A DNA stretch of 24,094 nucleotides from an uncultured bacterium (GTDB lineage: Bacteria > Hydrogenedentota > Hydrogenedentia > Hydrogenedentales > JAEUWI01): contig CAXBPH010000088.1 of the NCBI GenBank assembly GCA_963977445.1, positions 1 to 24,094 of the forward strand, read 5' to 3'. Each line of letters begins with the position of its first letter. Position 1 is the stretch's first letter. A program made the translations under genes and the position numbers. Shown one piece after another: positions 1 through 8,047 of this stretch. Under the pieces are notes generated by a model. The model had not been told where the DNA came from, searched no databases, and saw nothing but the letters and a program-made list of their open reading frames with translations.

Positions 1-317
1 CATCTATCAAGTCCCAGGGGAATAAGCGCTATCGGTGGGAATTCAGGCGCTTATTAGGGGTAGCGTCTAAGGAGATAGGGTATTCCGTGTGGTCATAGAT
101 TCGGGATAGGGTGTATGTCCTGTGAGCACGTCTGCAAAGTAGGCGATGAGTTGTGTTCAGGTTGTGGGAATAGCTTGACTATACACACTTAATCAGTGTA
201 GGATTTCTGTACATCTACGTGAGATGGAATTGACAATTAACTAGGGTATTTAACGACCGATAGTTAGTTGTGAGATTGAGAATAGCCTTTGTTTATAGGG
301 TCTTTGTGTGCCTAAGT

Positions 318-367
318 CCTGACTACGAATCAGGAGGTTACAGGTTCAAGTCCTGTCGGGTACACCA
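318..367 (+). pseudogene. 3' fragment of tRNA-Arg(ACG), anticodon arm through CCA; probable att-site remnant
   Basis: Anticodon stem CCTGA/TCAGG with loop CTACGAA (ACG at 325-327). T-arm ACAGG-TTCAAGT-CCTGT. Acceptor 3' strand CGGGTAC followed by A-CCA. No complementary 5' acceptor strand or D-arm at 291-317 (GTTTATAGGGTCTTTGTGTGCCTAAGT). Confidence 0.85.
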
Positions 368-383
368 TTTTTTCACTTCACAC

Positions 384-420
384 AAGCAACCCCGCGGTTC
401 AGCATAGTGGTTGCTTTTTT
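384..420 (+). terminator. Intrinsic terminator downstream of the tRNA 3' end
   Basis: AAGCAACC (384-391) pairs with GGTTGCTT (409-416), ending in a T-run. Confidence 0.6.
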
Positions 421-426
421 AATTTC

Positions 427-461
427 AGGCCGCCCCCATTCTCGGGGCGGCCTTCTTCTTT
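427..461 (+). terminator. Second GC-rich terminator-like hairpin
   Basis: AGGCCGCCCC (427-436) pairs with GGGGCGGCCT (444-453), followed by TCTTCTTT. Confidence 0.6.
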
Positions 462-565
462 ACACGGCCACATGGCATTTATTTGCCGTCCCTCCCGAAT
501 GCTGTAAAGAGTTATCCACACACACTTTCTATACAAAAACTTCACACTCTCCCGACCGGGTTGCA

Positions 566-574
566 TGGTACAAT
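566..574 (+). promoter_or_regulatory. Extended -10 element (TGgTACAAT) upstream of the small ORF
   Basis: TG-n-TACAAT match about 100 bp upstream of ATG 674; no clear -35. Confidence 0.35.
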
Positions 575-673
575 TCTTTTGTTACGGGATGGCAGCAAGG
601 GTTGGAGTAAGCCAAGTGTGTGTGCGCATGCGTTCGTAACGACGCGTGGAAGTTTTACAGGGAGGTTTGCGTC

Positions 674-862
674 ATGAATGTTTATGGAATTCCAGAAGAT
701 CCGTCTCTCACGACCCAATCATGGGTCCGGGCCTGGTGGCTCCAATCGTTGTGGGGTTACCACGTCATCGACGTACGTCGTCAGCCCAAGGCGGGCTGGT
801 TTGGGCGTTTATCCTACGACGAAAAAATCCGCATGGTTCACGACAGCACGGAAATCAATTAA
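674..862 (+). CDS. Small hypothetical protein (62 aa, Trp-rich)
   Basis: GGGAGG Shine-Dalgarno (660-665) 8 nt before ATG 674. MNVYGIPEDP...HDSTEIN. Stop converges on the glycosylation operon with a 5-bp gap. Confidence 0.6.
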   Translation: MNVYGIPEDPSLTTQSWVRAWWLQSLWGYHVIDVRRQPKAGWFGRLSYDEKIRMVHDSTEIN

Positions 863-867
863 CCGGT

Positions 868-2742
868 TCATCGGGCCCCGTCCCGATCCACACTGTATAT
901 GACGCCGTGACCCGAGGCTGCGATTTGGCTAAGCCATGGGGTTCTACCCAGCTGTTCACGGACGCGGGCGTCAATGGGACAGGTGTCGGGGCCGTAGATG
1001 TAATCGACACACCATTCGTCCACAAAGGCGCGGCGATCGGCATCGGTCGCCGCCGAATCAAAAAAGTGATTGACGGCATCCTGTAAGGGACCCAGCCGCT
1101 GGTCGCCCAGATTCATGGCACCCGGTCCACCGAGGATCTGGTACTTGCCGTGATGGGCGAGGATTTCGCCGAAAGCGATAGGCGACCACGATGGCACCGC
1201 GATGTTGCCCGGTGGCAGACGCTTCATTAGCATTGCGTCGCCTTCGGTCATGTATTCGTAGTGGAGATAGGCAAAGGGGCCCTTTCCCAAGGTGTTCCCC
1301 AGGGGCCCTTGAAACCAGAGCATGGCCACCCCATTGGACGCGATGCCGCCCCCCAAAATCAGTGCAAGGCACAGCCCCCTCCAGACCGGCCTCATCTGCT
1401 GAATGCCCACCGCCGTCAAGAGCGCCAGAGGCACGCCGAGCAGAATCATGCAGCGTTGGGGACTGAATCGCAGGAACCACCCTCCCCCCACGGCCAGCAG
1501 CGACACGACCAGGAGGCCCAGGAACCACAGCACCACCCAATCAAGGGGGCCGGCGGACTCCGATGATTTGGGTAACCTCCGTATAAGGACCAGGGCGGGC
1601 AAGAGCGCCACCAACGCGCCGTCGCTGGCCAACTGGGCAGCCGCCGCATCCCCCCCACGCCACCAGTTTCCAAACCACGCCTGATGTCCAAAATAGAGGA
1701 CGCCGTAGGCCAGAAGGTAGGCCCCGAGCGCCAGGACGACTCCCCGCACCAGAGGCGTATAGTGGGACCAGCCTTTTCCCATGCCCTTCACGAGGGGCAC
1801 CCAGTGAAAGAGCGTTGCGAAGAGGAAGGGCAAGAGCAACATACCCATGCGGGTCACGTCGGCAACATTGGCCTGGTAGCTTGGGTGTTGCCCCATGAGG
1901 ACCAGAAAAATCACCGAGCCCGCGATGACCGGTACGGCAGTGGCCACCGCCAGTTGCAGGCGAAAGAGCCCATCATTTTTGCTGCCGGCGACGAGGTAGA
2001 CACAACCCACCGCCCAGAACAGGGGCCCCAGCCGCAGATTGAGCAGGGCCGTTATAAATAGCAAGAAGCCCGTAAAAAACAGATGGCCCGGACAGCGGCA
2101 CCAATCGGTCTCCACGAGTGCCGTCAGGGCGGCAAAACCCAAGGCCAGGGGCAGGGTGTAGTAGAGACGGGGCATGAGCAGGGCCGGGGCAAGATGCTGG
2201 CCTTCGATGAGCTCGTATTGGGCAAAGCGGTAGAACCATTGCTCGAAATCGGGACTGTTTACACTCCCGGTGGACCAGGCCATCAGGAAGGCGATCCCCC
2301 CCAGGCCACCGCCGAGGGCATAAAGGTAAAAGGCGAGCGTGGCCTCACGGGGGGCAATACGCCGGAGGAAGCGATAGACGTTCCACAGCAGCAGAAAGCC
2401 GCCCAATCCATTGGCCAGGCCCAGAAATAAGAACGGGGGAAGTCCGCTCATTCGCCCGAACTCGCCGAGCAGTCCATAAAGCAGAAAAATAGGTACGGCA
2501 AAATATTCAAAGCCCCGGGGACCCGATTCGGCTTTGCAGGTGACAAAGGGCGATGCGAAGGCGTTGGCGAAACTTTCCATGGCAACCAGATGGTGGCTGC
2601 TGTCCCCCGTGTGGACACCCGTCGGGATCGCACCCACAGGGGGCGCATAGTGAATCCAGCAGTGGGTCAGGGGCTCCACGGAAGCGAGAAGCAGCATCAC
2701 GACATAGGGAAGGAAAGTGGCCCACCTTCGGGACTCAGACAT
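868..2742 (-). CDS. Polytopic membrane protein, GT-C-like glycosyltransferase (paralog B)
   Basis: Many hydrophobic helices, N-terminal loop GVHTGD, and a soluble C-terminal domain (RRAFVDEWCVDYIY). Start MSESRR overlaps the upstream stop by 8 bp. Paralogous to 2735-4630. Confidence 0.7.
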   Translation of the reverse strand: MSESRRWATFLPYVVMLLLASVEPLTHCWIHYAPPVGAIPTGVHTGDSSHHLVAMESFANAFASPFVTCKAESGPRGFEYFAVPIFLLYGLLGEFGRMSGLPPFLFLGLANGLGGFLLLWNVYRFLRRIAPREATLAFYLYALGGGLGGIAFLMAWSTGSVNSPDFEQWFYRFAQYELIEGQHLAPALLMPRLYYTLPLALGFAALTALVETDWCRCPGHLFFTGFLLFITALLNLRLGPLFWAVGCVYLVAGSKNDGLFRLQLAVATAVPVIAGSVIFLVLMGQHPSYQANVADVTRMGMLLLPFLFATLFHWVPLVKGMGKGWSHYTPLVRGVVLALGAYLLAYGVLYFGHQAWFGNWWRGGDAAAAQLASDGALVALLPALVLIRRLPKSSESAGPLDWVVLWFLGLLVVSLLAVGGGWFLRFSPQRCMILLGVPLALLTAVGIQQMRPVWRGLCLALILGGGIASNGVAMLWFQGPLGNTLGKGPFAYLHYEYMTEGDAMLMKRLPPGNIAVPSWSPIAFGEILAHHGKYQILGGPGAMNLGDQRLGPLQDAVNHFFDSAATDADRRAFVDEWCVDYIYGPDTCPIDARVREQLGRTPWLSQIAASGHGVIYSVDRDGAR

Positions 2743-4630
2743 AGTCGCGCAACTCCTCTGGAATGACGACGCGAAACAGGAGGGCATCGCCTTCGGCGTC
2801 TACGGGTTCCAGCCAAATGGACTTTCGAAATTGCTCGATCACTTCGGGGGCGACGGGACGGGTCGCGGGGCAATAGACGTAGTCCACGCACCAACTGGTG
2901 ACAAAAATAAATCGGGTAATCTCATTGGTCCCCGGATCGAAAAACTCCTGCACATCCCGGGCCATCTGGAGCATGTTTACATCGCTGAATTCCAGACTCG
3001 GCTGGCCGAAGACGGTGCGGGCATTGGGGCGACGGACGACGACCACATCCCCCATCAGCGGCGGCTCCGAGGCGGGGGCCAGCGCCGTGCCGCCATCGAT
3101 ACGATCTATAAGGGCCACGTCTTCCGGCAGCACCACTTCGCTATGAGCCCAGCCAAAGGGGGACACCCCCGGTACATGTCCCAGGGGTCCCTGAAAGCAA
3201 AGGGTAGATACCCCGAGAGAGCAGAGGCCAAAGACAATGATGGTGCCGACATATCCCCGTGTAAGGCGGGGCAGACGCTTCCCCATCATCTGCAAACCTT
3301 CCGCCGCCAAGAGGGCCATGGGAACACCCAGCACGATGAGGCAGCGTTCGGGCATAAGTCGTAAAAACCAACCCTGCCCAAAGGCCGAGATGGACAGACA
3401 GGCCAGACCAAGAAACCAGAGGGCCACCCAGCTTTCGGCGGCGGCGAAGGGCGTCCGGTCCCCCTTGCGAAACAACACGAGACTGCCCGGAATGATGCCC
3501 AGCAGGGCCCAATCCGAAATGGCAATAGCCGCAGCGGTTTCACCACCGGCGAGCCAATTTCCATACCACACCTGGTGGGCCACATAGAGCCCCGCAAAGG
3601 CCACGCCATAGCCCAGACCCCAACCGAGGAGCAGGCGTCCGCTCCAATGCAGGCGGCCCAGGTGACGCCAGAGTGCCAGGAGCACCGGCGGCCAGAGCCA
3701 GAAGGTAGCCGTCAGCAACGAGCCGAACCAGGCACAGCGCCGAAGTAACTCGGAAAAGTTTTCGGCACCGGTCACGTTCATGCCAAAGGCGGTGCGCATG
3801 AGCAACGTGGCAATCAAGGTGGGAATGAAGAAATAGGCGATGTATCTGAATTTCTGCTTGGCCGCGAGACGGGGCTGGACCAGAATAAAACAGGCCGCCA
3901 CTCCCCAGAGGAGCAGGCCGACCCGGGCATTCAGATAGGCCGTCAAAAACTGTAGTACAACGGCCCGCTTTCCCGGCAGGGGGAGGTCGTTGCTCATGGA
4001 GCGAATGAACGCGACCAGGCTGGCAAAACCCAGTCCCAGGGGCAGGGTGTAATAGAGACGGGGCAGGATGAGCGCGGGCGACAAAAAGGGGCCCTCGATA
4101 AGTTCATACCGTGCGAAGCGATGAAACCACGCCTCGAACCCTGCGGTGCTGTGGGCACCCCAGGCAAGGCTCATCAGCCACGCGACGCCACCGAGTCCAC
4201 CACTCAGGGTAAAGAGAGCAAAGGCCAGTGCGGCACGCTGAGGGGCCACGCAGCGGAGGAAGCGCCACACCATGGCCAGAAAGAAGGCGGCACCAAGTCC
4301 GTTCGCCAGCCCGAGGGTTATAAACGGCGCCAGGCCGACCAATCGCCCCAACCACCCCACCGACGCATAGAGCCAATGATGGGGCAAGGCAAAAAGGCTG
4401 AAATTCTGGCGGCCTGTTTCGGTATCGCAGGCGAGATAGGGCGAATAAAAGCCGTTGCTGAAAATTTCCATGTCGGTCGTAAAAAAAGGCGTGTCGCCGA
4501 TATGAAAACCACTGTGGGCCACATCGTTACCAAGGCCATAGGCCAGCCAGAAATGGGTCAGGGGCTCAATGAGTGCAAAACAAACGATAATGCCCCAAAC
4601 CCAGATGGGTGTCTTCGCGTTGTAGGTCAT
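2735..4630 (-). CDS. Polytopic membrane protein, GT-C-like glycosyltransferase (paralog A)
   Basis: 631 aa with the same architecture (EPLTHFW, GFHIGD, RFARYELIEG, PRLYYTLPL, WCVDYVY). ATGA overlap with the GT2 stop. Confidence 0.7.
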   Translation of the reverse strand: MTYNAKTPIWVWGIIVCFALIEPLTHFWLAYGLGNDVAHSGFHIGDTPFFTTDMEIFSNGFYSPYLACDTETGRQNFSLFALPHHWLYASVGWLGRLVGLAPFITLGLANGLGAAFFLAMVWRFLRCVAPQRAALAFALFTLSGGLGGVAWLMSLAWGAHSTAGFEAWFHRFARYELIEGPFLSPALILPRLYYTLPLGLGFASLVAFIRSMSNDLPLPGKRAVVLQFLTAYLNARVGLLLWGVAACFILVQPRLAAKQKFRYIAYFFIPTLIATLLMRTAFGMNVTGAENFSELLRRCAWFGSLLTATFWLWPPVLLALWRHLGRLHWSGRLLLGWGLGYGVAFAGLYVAHQVWYGNWLAGGETAAAIAISDWALLGIIPGSLVLFRKGDRTPFAAAESWVALWFLGLACLSISAFGQGWFLRLMPERCLIVLGVPMALLAAEGLQMMGKRLPRLTRGYVGTIIVFGLCSLGVSTLCFQGPLGHVPGVSPFGWAHSEVVLPEDVALIDRIDGGTALAPASEPPLMGDVVVVRRPNARTVFGQPSLEFSDVNMLQMARDVQEFFDPGTNEITRFIFVTSWCVDYVYCPATRPVAPEVIEQFRKSIWLEPVDAEGDALLFRVVIPEELRDYV

Positions 4631-5610
4631 TGGGAAGTACTTTCATCGAGCAGGGCCTGCATGGCGTCATTATGGATACGTCGCTGGCCAAGAATGCGGT
4701 GCCGGGCACGAAGCGCGCCCGGACAACGAAGCATGAGCCCCCACCATGCTGCAAAGACAACGCCCGTAGCACGGAGCGCACCCCACTCATGGCGGGCCAC
4801 CTGAAAAAGTCGTTTACCTTGATGAATTCGCTCCCCGCAAATCGGAACGAAGTTTCTCAGCAACAAGGCGAGGGAGTAATTCTTCCACACAAGCAGGGCG
4901 TGGTTTTGATAACACTTACGGGTGCGCCACCAGGTGCGGCCTGCAATGCTGGCGCTGCCGATGTGGTAGGCCCGGGCTTCGGGAACGATGGCGGCGGCAT
5001 GTCCCGCCCAACGGGCCCGAAAACAGAGATCACTGTCCTCAAAGTAGGCAACAAAGGATTCATCGAGGAGGCCGACTTCGTCGAGAAGGGTTTTCCGGAA
5101 CAGCCCATAGCCCCCCGAAACGCCGAAAGGTTCCCGCGCAGCTTCGTATTCGGCCAGGGGCATTTTGTAGCCCAGGCTCTCGGGACGTCCCGACCGAGAC
5201 AGGGTGTCCCCTGCACTGTATATACGGGTGGGATCGTCAGCGCACAAGACGAGAGGACAAATCATACTGTACCGTCCCTCCTGTGCCTTCGCCATGAGTT
5301 TCTCGATACACATGGGATCCAGTGTAACATCGTTGTTTAGCAGAAATACCCAGTCGCTTGCTGCTGCGGCGAGGCCGAGATTTGCGGTGGGTGCAAAGCC
5401 CCGATTGACGGGCGAAACAATACAGTGCACGTGGGGAAAGGTTTCCTCCAGCCGCGCGGGCGTGTCGTCTGTAGAGCCGTCATCGACTACGACAGTCGAA
5501 AAATCACCGCAGGTCTGAGCGGCCAGGGAATGCAGGCAATCTTTGAGTAGTTCCCAGCCATTCCACGTGGGAATTACGATTGTCAGCGAGGGCGCATTGA
5601 CTTCATCCAC
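4627..5610 (-). CDS. Glycosyltransferase family 2 (WbbL/rhamnosyltransferase-like)
   Basis: Motifs LTIVIPTWNG, VVVDDGSTD, NRGFAPTANLG, LLNND, GLLDESFVAYFEDSDLCFR. GTG start at 5610 inferred from overlap with the methyltransferase stop. Confidence 0.9.
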   Translation of the reverse strand: MDEVNAPSLTIVIPTWNGWELLKDCLHSLAAQTCGDFSTVVVDDGSTDDTPARLEETFPHVHCIVSPVNRGFAPTANLGLAAAASDWVFLLNNDVTLDPMCIEKLMAKAQEGRYSMICPLVLCADDPTRIYSAGDTLSRSGRPESLGYKMPLAEYEAAREPFGVSGGYGLFRKTLLDEVGLLDESFVAYFEDSDLCFRARWAGHAAAIVPEARAYHIGSASIAGRTWWRTRKCYQNHALLVWKNYSLALLLRNFVPICGERIHQGKRLFQVARHEWGALRATGVVFAAWWGLMLRCPGALRARHRILGQRRIHNDAMQALLDESTSQ

Positions 5611-6373
5611 GGCGGACACCCCGGGGAAGAATCCAGACCATGGCGCGGTAGCACGGGCCGCGATGGAGTCGGGAGAGCACCGGTACGGACCAGCGGAGCA
5701 GGACCTGGGCCAGGGCATTGCCCCGTCCGGGCCAATTGCACATGAGGATTTTCCACATCCACTCCCAGGCCCAGAGGGAGGCGTTGCCACCGGTTTCGAT
5801 GTCATAGTTGTCGCCAGCAACCGATTGCAGGTGCCCGGCAATTACATCGCCCTCGGGCAGCCCCATATCGACATGCTCTTCCAGCCATTTGATCGTGCCA
5901 CCCGTGAGCACCCGGTAGGCCGTCCGCACCCGGGTCTCTGCTTCGGAAGACGCCTCCCCCGAAGGAAAACCAATCACGCCCACGCCGTCCCGTTGGAGCA
6001 CCCGGAGTATTTCTTCATTCGCCAGGTCACGGTGGGCATTAGGAATGTGTTCGTAGGTGTCCATACAGACCACCACATCAAAAGCGTCGTCGGCAAAGGG
6101 CAAGGCACCAATATCGGCCACCACGGGCCATACAGGCTGGGTGGCACGGGCGGCCTTGAGGTGTTCAAGGGCAATATCGATGGCCACCACGGGCGCGCCC
6201 GTAAAGCGGGCCAGGCCGTTTTCATTGGCACCGATTTCCAGAAGGCGTTGGGATGCCCAGGGACGGCCACGAAAGCGCCGAAGTATGGGCAGGTAACGCA
6301 GGGCCCAATCGGGATAACCCCGACCATCTTTTTCGGCGTATCGGCGCAGTGCCCGTTGGATGCTACCCCGCAT
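5603..6373 (-). CDS. Class I SAM-dependent methyltransferase
   Basis: Motif I LLEIGANENG, VVAIDI, ADIGALPFADDAFDVVVCMDTYEHI, EILRVL. ATG 6373 overlaps the flippase stop. Confidence 0.88.
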   Translation of the reverse strand: MRGSIQRALRRYAEKDGRGYPDWALRYLPILRRFRGRPWASQRLLEIGANENGLARFTGAPVVAIDIALEHLKAARATQPVWPVVADIGALPFADDAFDVVVCMDTYEHIPNAHRDLANEEILRVLQRDGVGVIGFPSGEASSEAETRVRTAYRVLTGGTIKWLEEHVDMGLPEGDVIAGHLQSVAGDNYDIETGGNASLWAWEWMWKILMCNWPGRGNALAQVLLRWSVPVLSRLHRGPCYRAMVWILPRGVRRG

Positions 6374-7982
6374 CGCGCACCCTCGCGGTGAGCAGGCGAA
6401 ATCCGGGCACGCGATCAAGTTTGAGGGTCTCCCGGAAAAACGTCACGTCGTAGTGATCGATAAAGGGCGTGAGTCGGAGGCAGGTGACATAAAGCATGCC
6501 AAATAATACGGCGCAGGCCCCGGCAATTGCCAGATTACCGATTCTGTTTTCATAGGATGTGGAAGCCATCGTAACAAGAATACACAGGAGAAATCCGGGC
6601 AGACTGGCCACCATGGGCCAGAAGCAGGACGTGCGTAACAGAGCGAGTGGCGGCACATCGACATCCCGCTGGAGGGCCTTGAAAAACCAGAGGGTGGAAA
6701 TGCTCAGGGCCAGGGTCGTGGCGAGGGGAATCCCGTAGAACCCGATGCATTGGTAGAGGATCACGGTGAGCAGAATATTGCCGATGGTGGAAATCAGCCC
6801 GGCGCGCATGGGCAGACTGGCATTGCCCTTGCCCAGGGCCACACTCACCCCGGGTCCGGGCAGCAGATTCATGGCGTAGCCCACGAGGATTATCTGGGCC
6901 ACGGCACCCGAAACGCCCAAGGTCGATTTTGGCTGGTAAAGGGAGAGGAGCAGATCGGTGCAGGCAAGAGCATAGGCCGTGAGGGGAATCGTGAGGGCCG
7001 CCACATATTTGGTGGAGCGCAGATAGAGTTGGGCCAGACGTTCGTGTTCGTCCCGCGAATCCAGGTGAGACACAGCCGGAATAAGGGCGCTCACCACCAG
7101 GGCGGGTACCTGGCGCACTTTGGAGGCAATGTCTTCGCCGATGCGGTAGAGCCCCACGAGTTCAAGCTGTCCACCGGTGGTAAGGGCCACAATCATACGG
7201 TCCGTCTGAAAATTAATCAGATTGGACAGGCGGGCCACCTGGGAGCGCCAGCCAAAGGAAAGGAGGATGCGAAACAGGGAGCCCTGGAGATATCGGGAAT
7301 GGCAATGAAGCCCGGGATAAATACGGTAGGCCACCACGATGTTGCTGACGGTGAACACGGCCAAGACGACGGCGTTGCTATAGAGCAATCCACGAACACC
7401 CAGGCCCTGCTCCAGAAAGGCGACGGTGGCGACCACTTTCACCAGGGATGCAAGCACACTGAGTATGTTCGTAATACCCATACGCTGGAGGCCGGATTGC
7501 ATGGCGGCAAAGGGGGCCGTGCAATTGGTCACGGCAAAGAGAATCAGGGCACCGCGAAACAGAAAGCGGGCATCCTCCCACCGGGCTGTGTCCGTGATGC
7601 TTCGCTCCGTACCCGGATTGATAGCATTCATGAGGGCGAGGGTACCATCGAGTAGCAGGTCGATGAGGGGCCAGCCGACGGCTACAAAAACGACACCGAG
7701 CACGCCATAGAAAAATACGCCCGTGCTCACGACGCCGCTCACTTCGGCGGGACGCTCCTGAGCCGCGTAGGAAGCGATATATTTGGTGAAGGCACTGGAA
7801 ACACCAAAATCGAAGAGCGCCGCGTAGCCCGTAAACACCGCCACCAGCGACCAGAGTCCGAAACCTTCCGTGCCGATTACGTGGATGATGTAGACGGTGA
7901 GCCCGATGCTGACGAGGGCTTCCCAGATGCGACCAGCGGCGTTGAAGGCCGTGTTATGGGCAAGGGTCTTACGTAGGGACAT
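6363..7982 (-). CDS. Wzx/MOP-superfamily polysaccharide flippase
   Basis: KTLAHNTAFNAAGRI, IGTEGFGLWSL, LFDFGVSSAFTKYIA, QTDRMIV, VGLYRIG; many TM helices. Alternative ATG at 8042. Confidence 0.9.
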   Translation of the reverse strand: MSLRKTLAHNTAFNAAGRIWEALVSIGLTVYIIHVIGTEGFGLWSLVAVFTGYAALFDFGVSSAFTKYIASYAAQERPAEVSGVVSTGVFFYGVLGVVFVAVGWPLIDLLLDGTLALMNAINPGTERSITDTARWEDARFLFRGALILFAVTNCTAPFAAMQSGLQRMGITNILSVLASLVKVVATVAFLEQGLGVRGLLYSNAVVLAVFTVSNIVVAYRIYPGLHCHSRYLQGSLFRILLSFGWRSQVARLSNLINFQTDRMIVALTTGGQLELVGLYRIGEDIASKVRQVPALVVSALIPAVSHLDSRDEHERLAQLYLRSTKYVAALTIPLTAYALACTDLLLSLYQPKSTLGVSGAVAQIILVGYAMNLLPGPGVSVALGKGNASLPMRAGLISTIGNILLTVILYQCIGFYGIPLATTLALSISTLWFFKALQRDVDVPPLALLRTSCFWPMVASLPGFLLCILVTMASTSYENRIGNLAIAGACAVLFGMLYVTCLRLTPFIDHYDVTFFRETLKLDRVPGFRLLTARVRDAG

Positions 7983-8047
7983 GGACTGACCTGGGCATGG
8001 GGTTGTCGATTGGGACCTCTCCCGACGGGGAAGAAAGCGCATGGCCG

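Noticed and set aside
291..367. Complete functional tRNA-Arg gene
   Set aside because: No 5' acceptor strand complementary to CGGGTAC and no D-arm at the required positions.
512..520. Replication origin
   Set aside because: Only one perfect DnaA box, with no box cluster and no dnaA/dnaN context.
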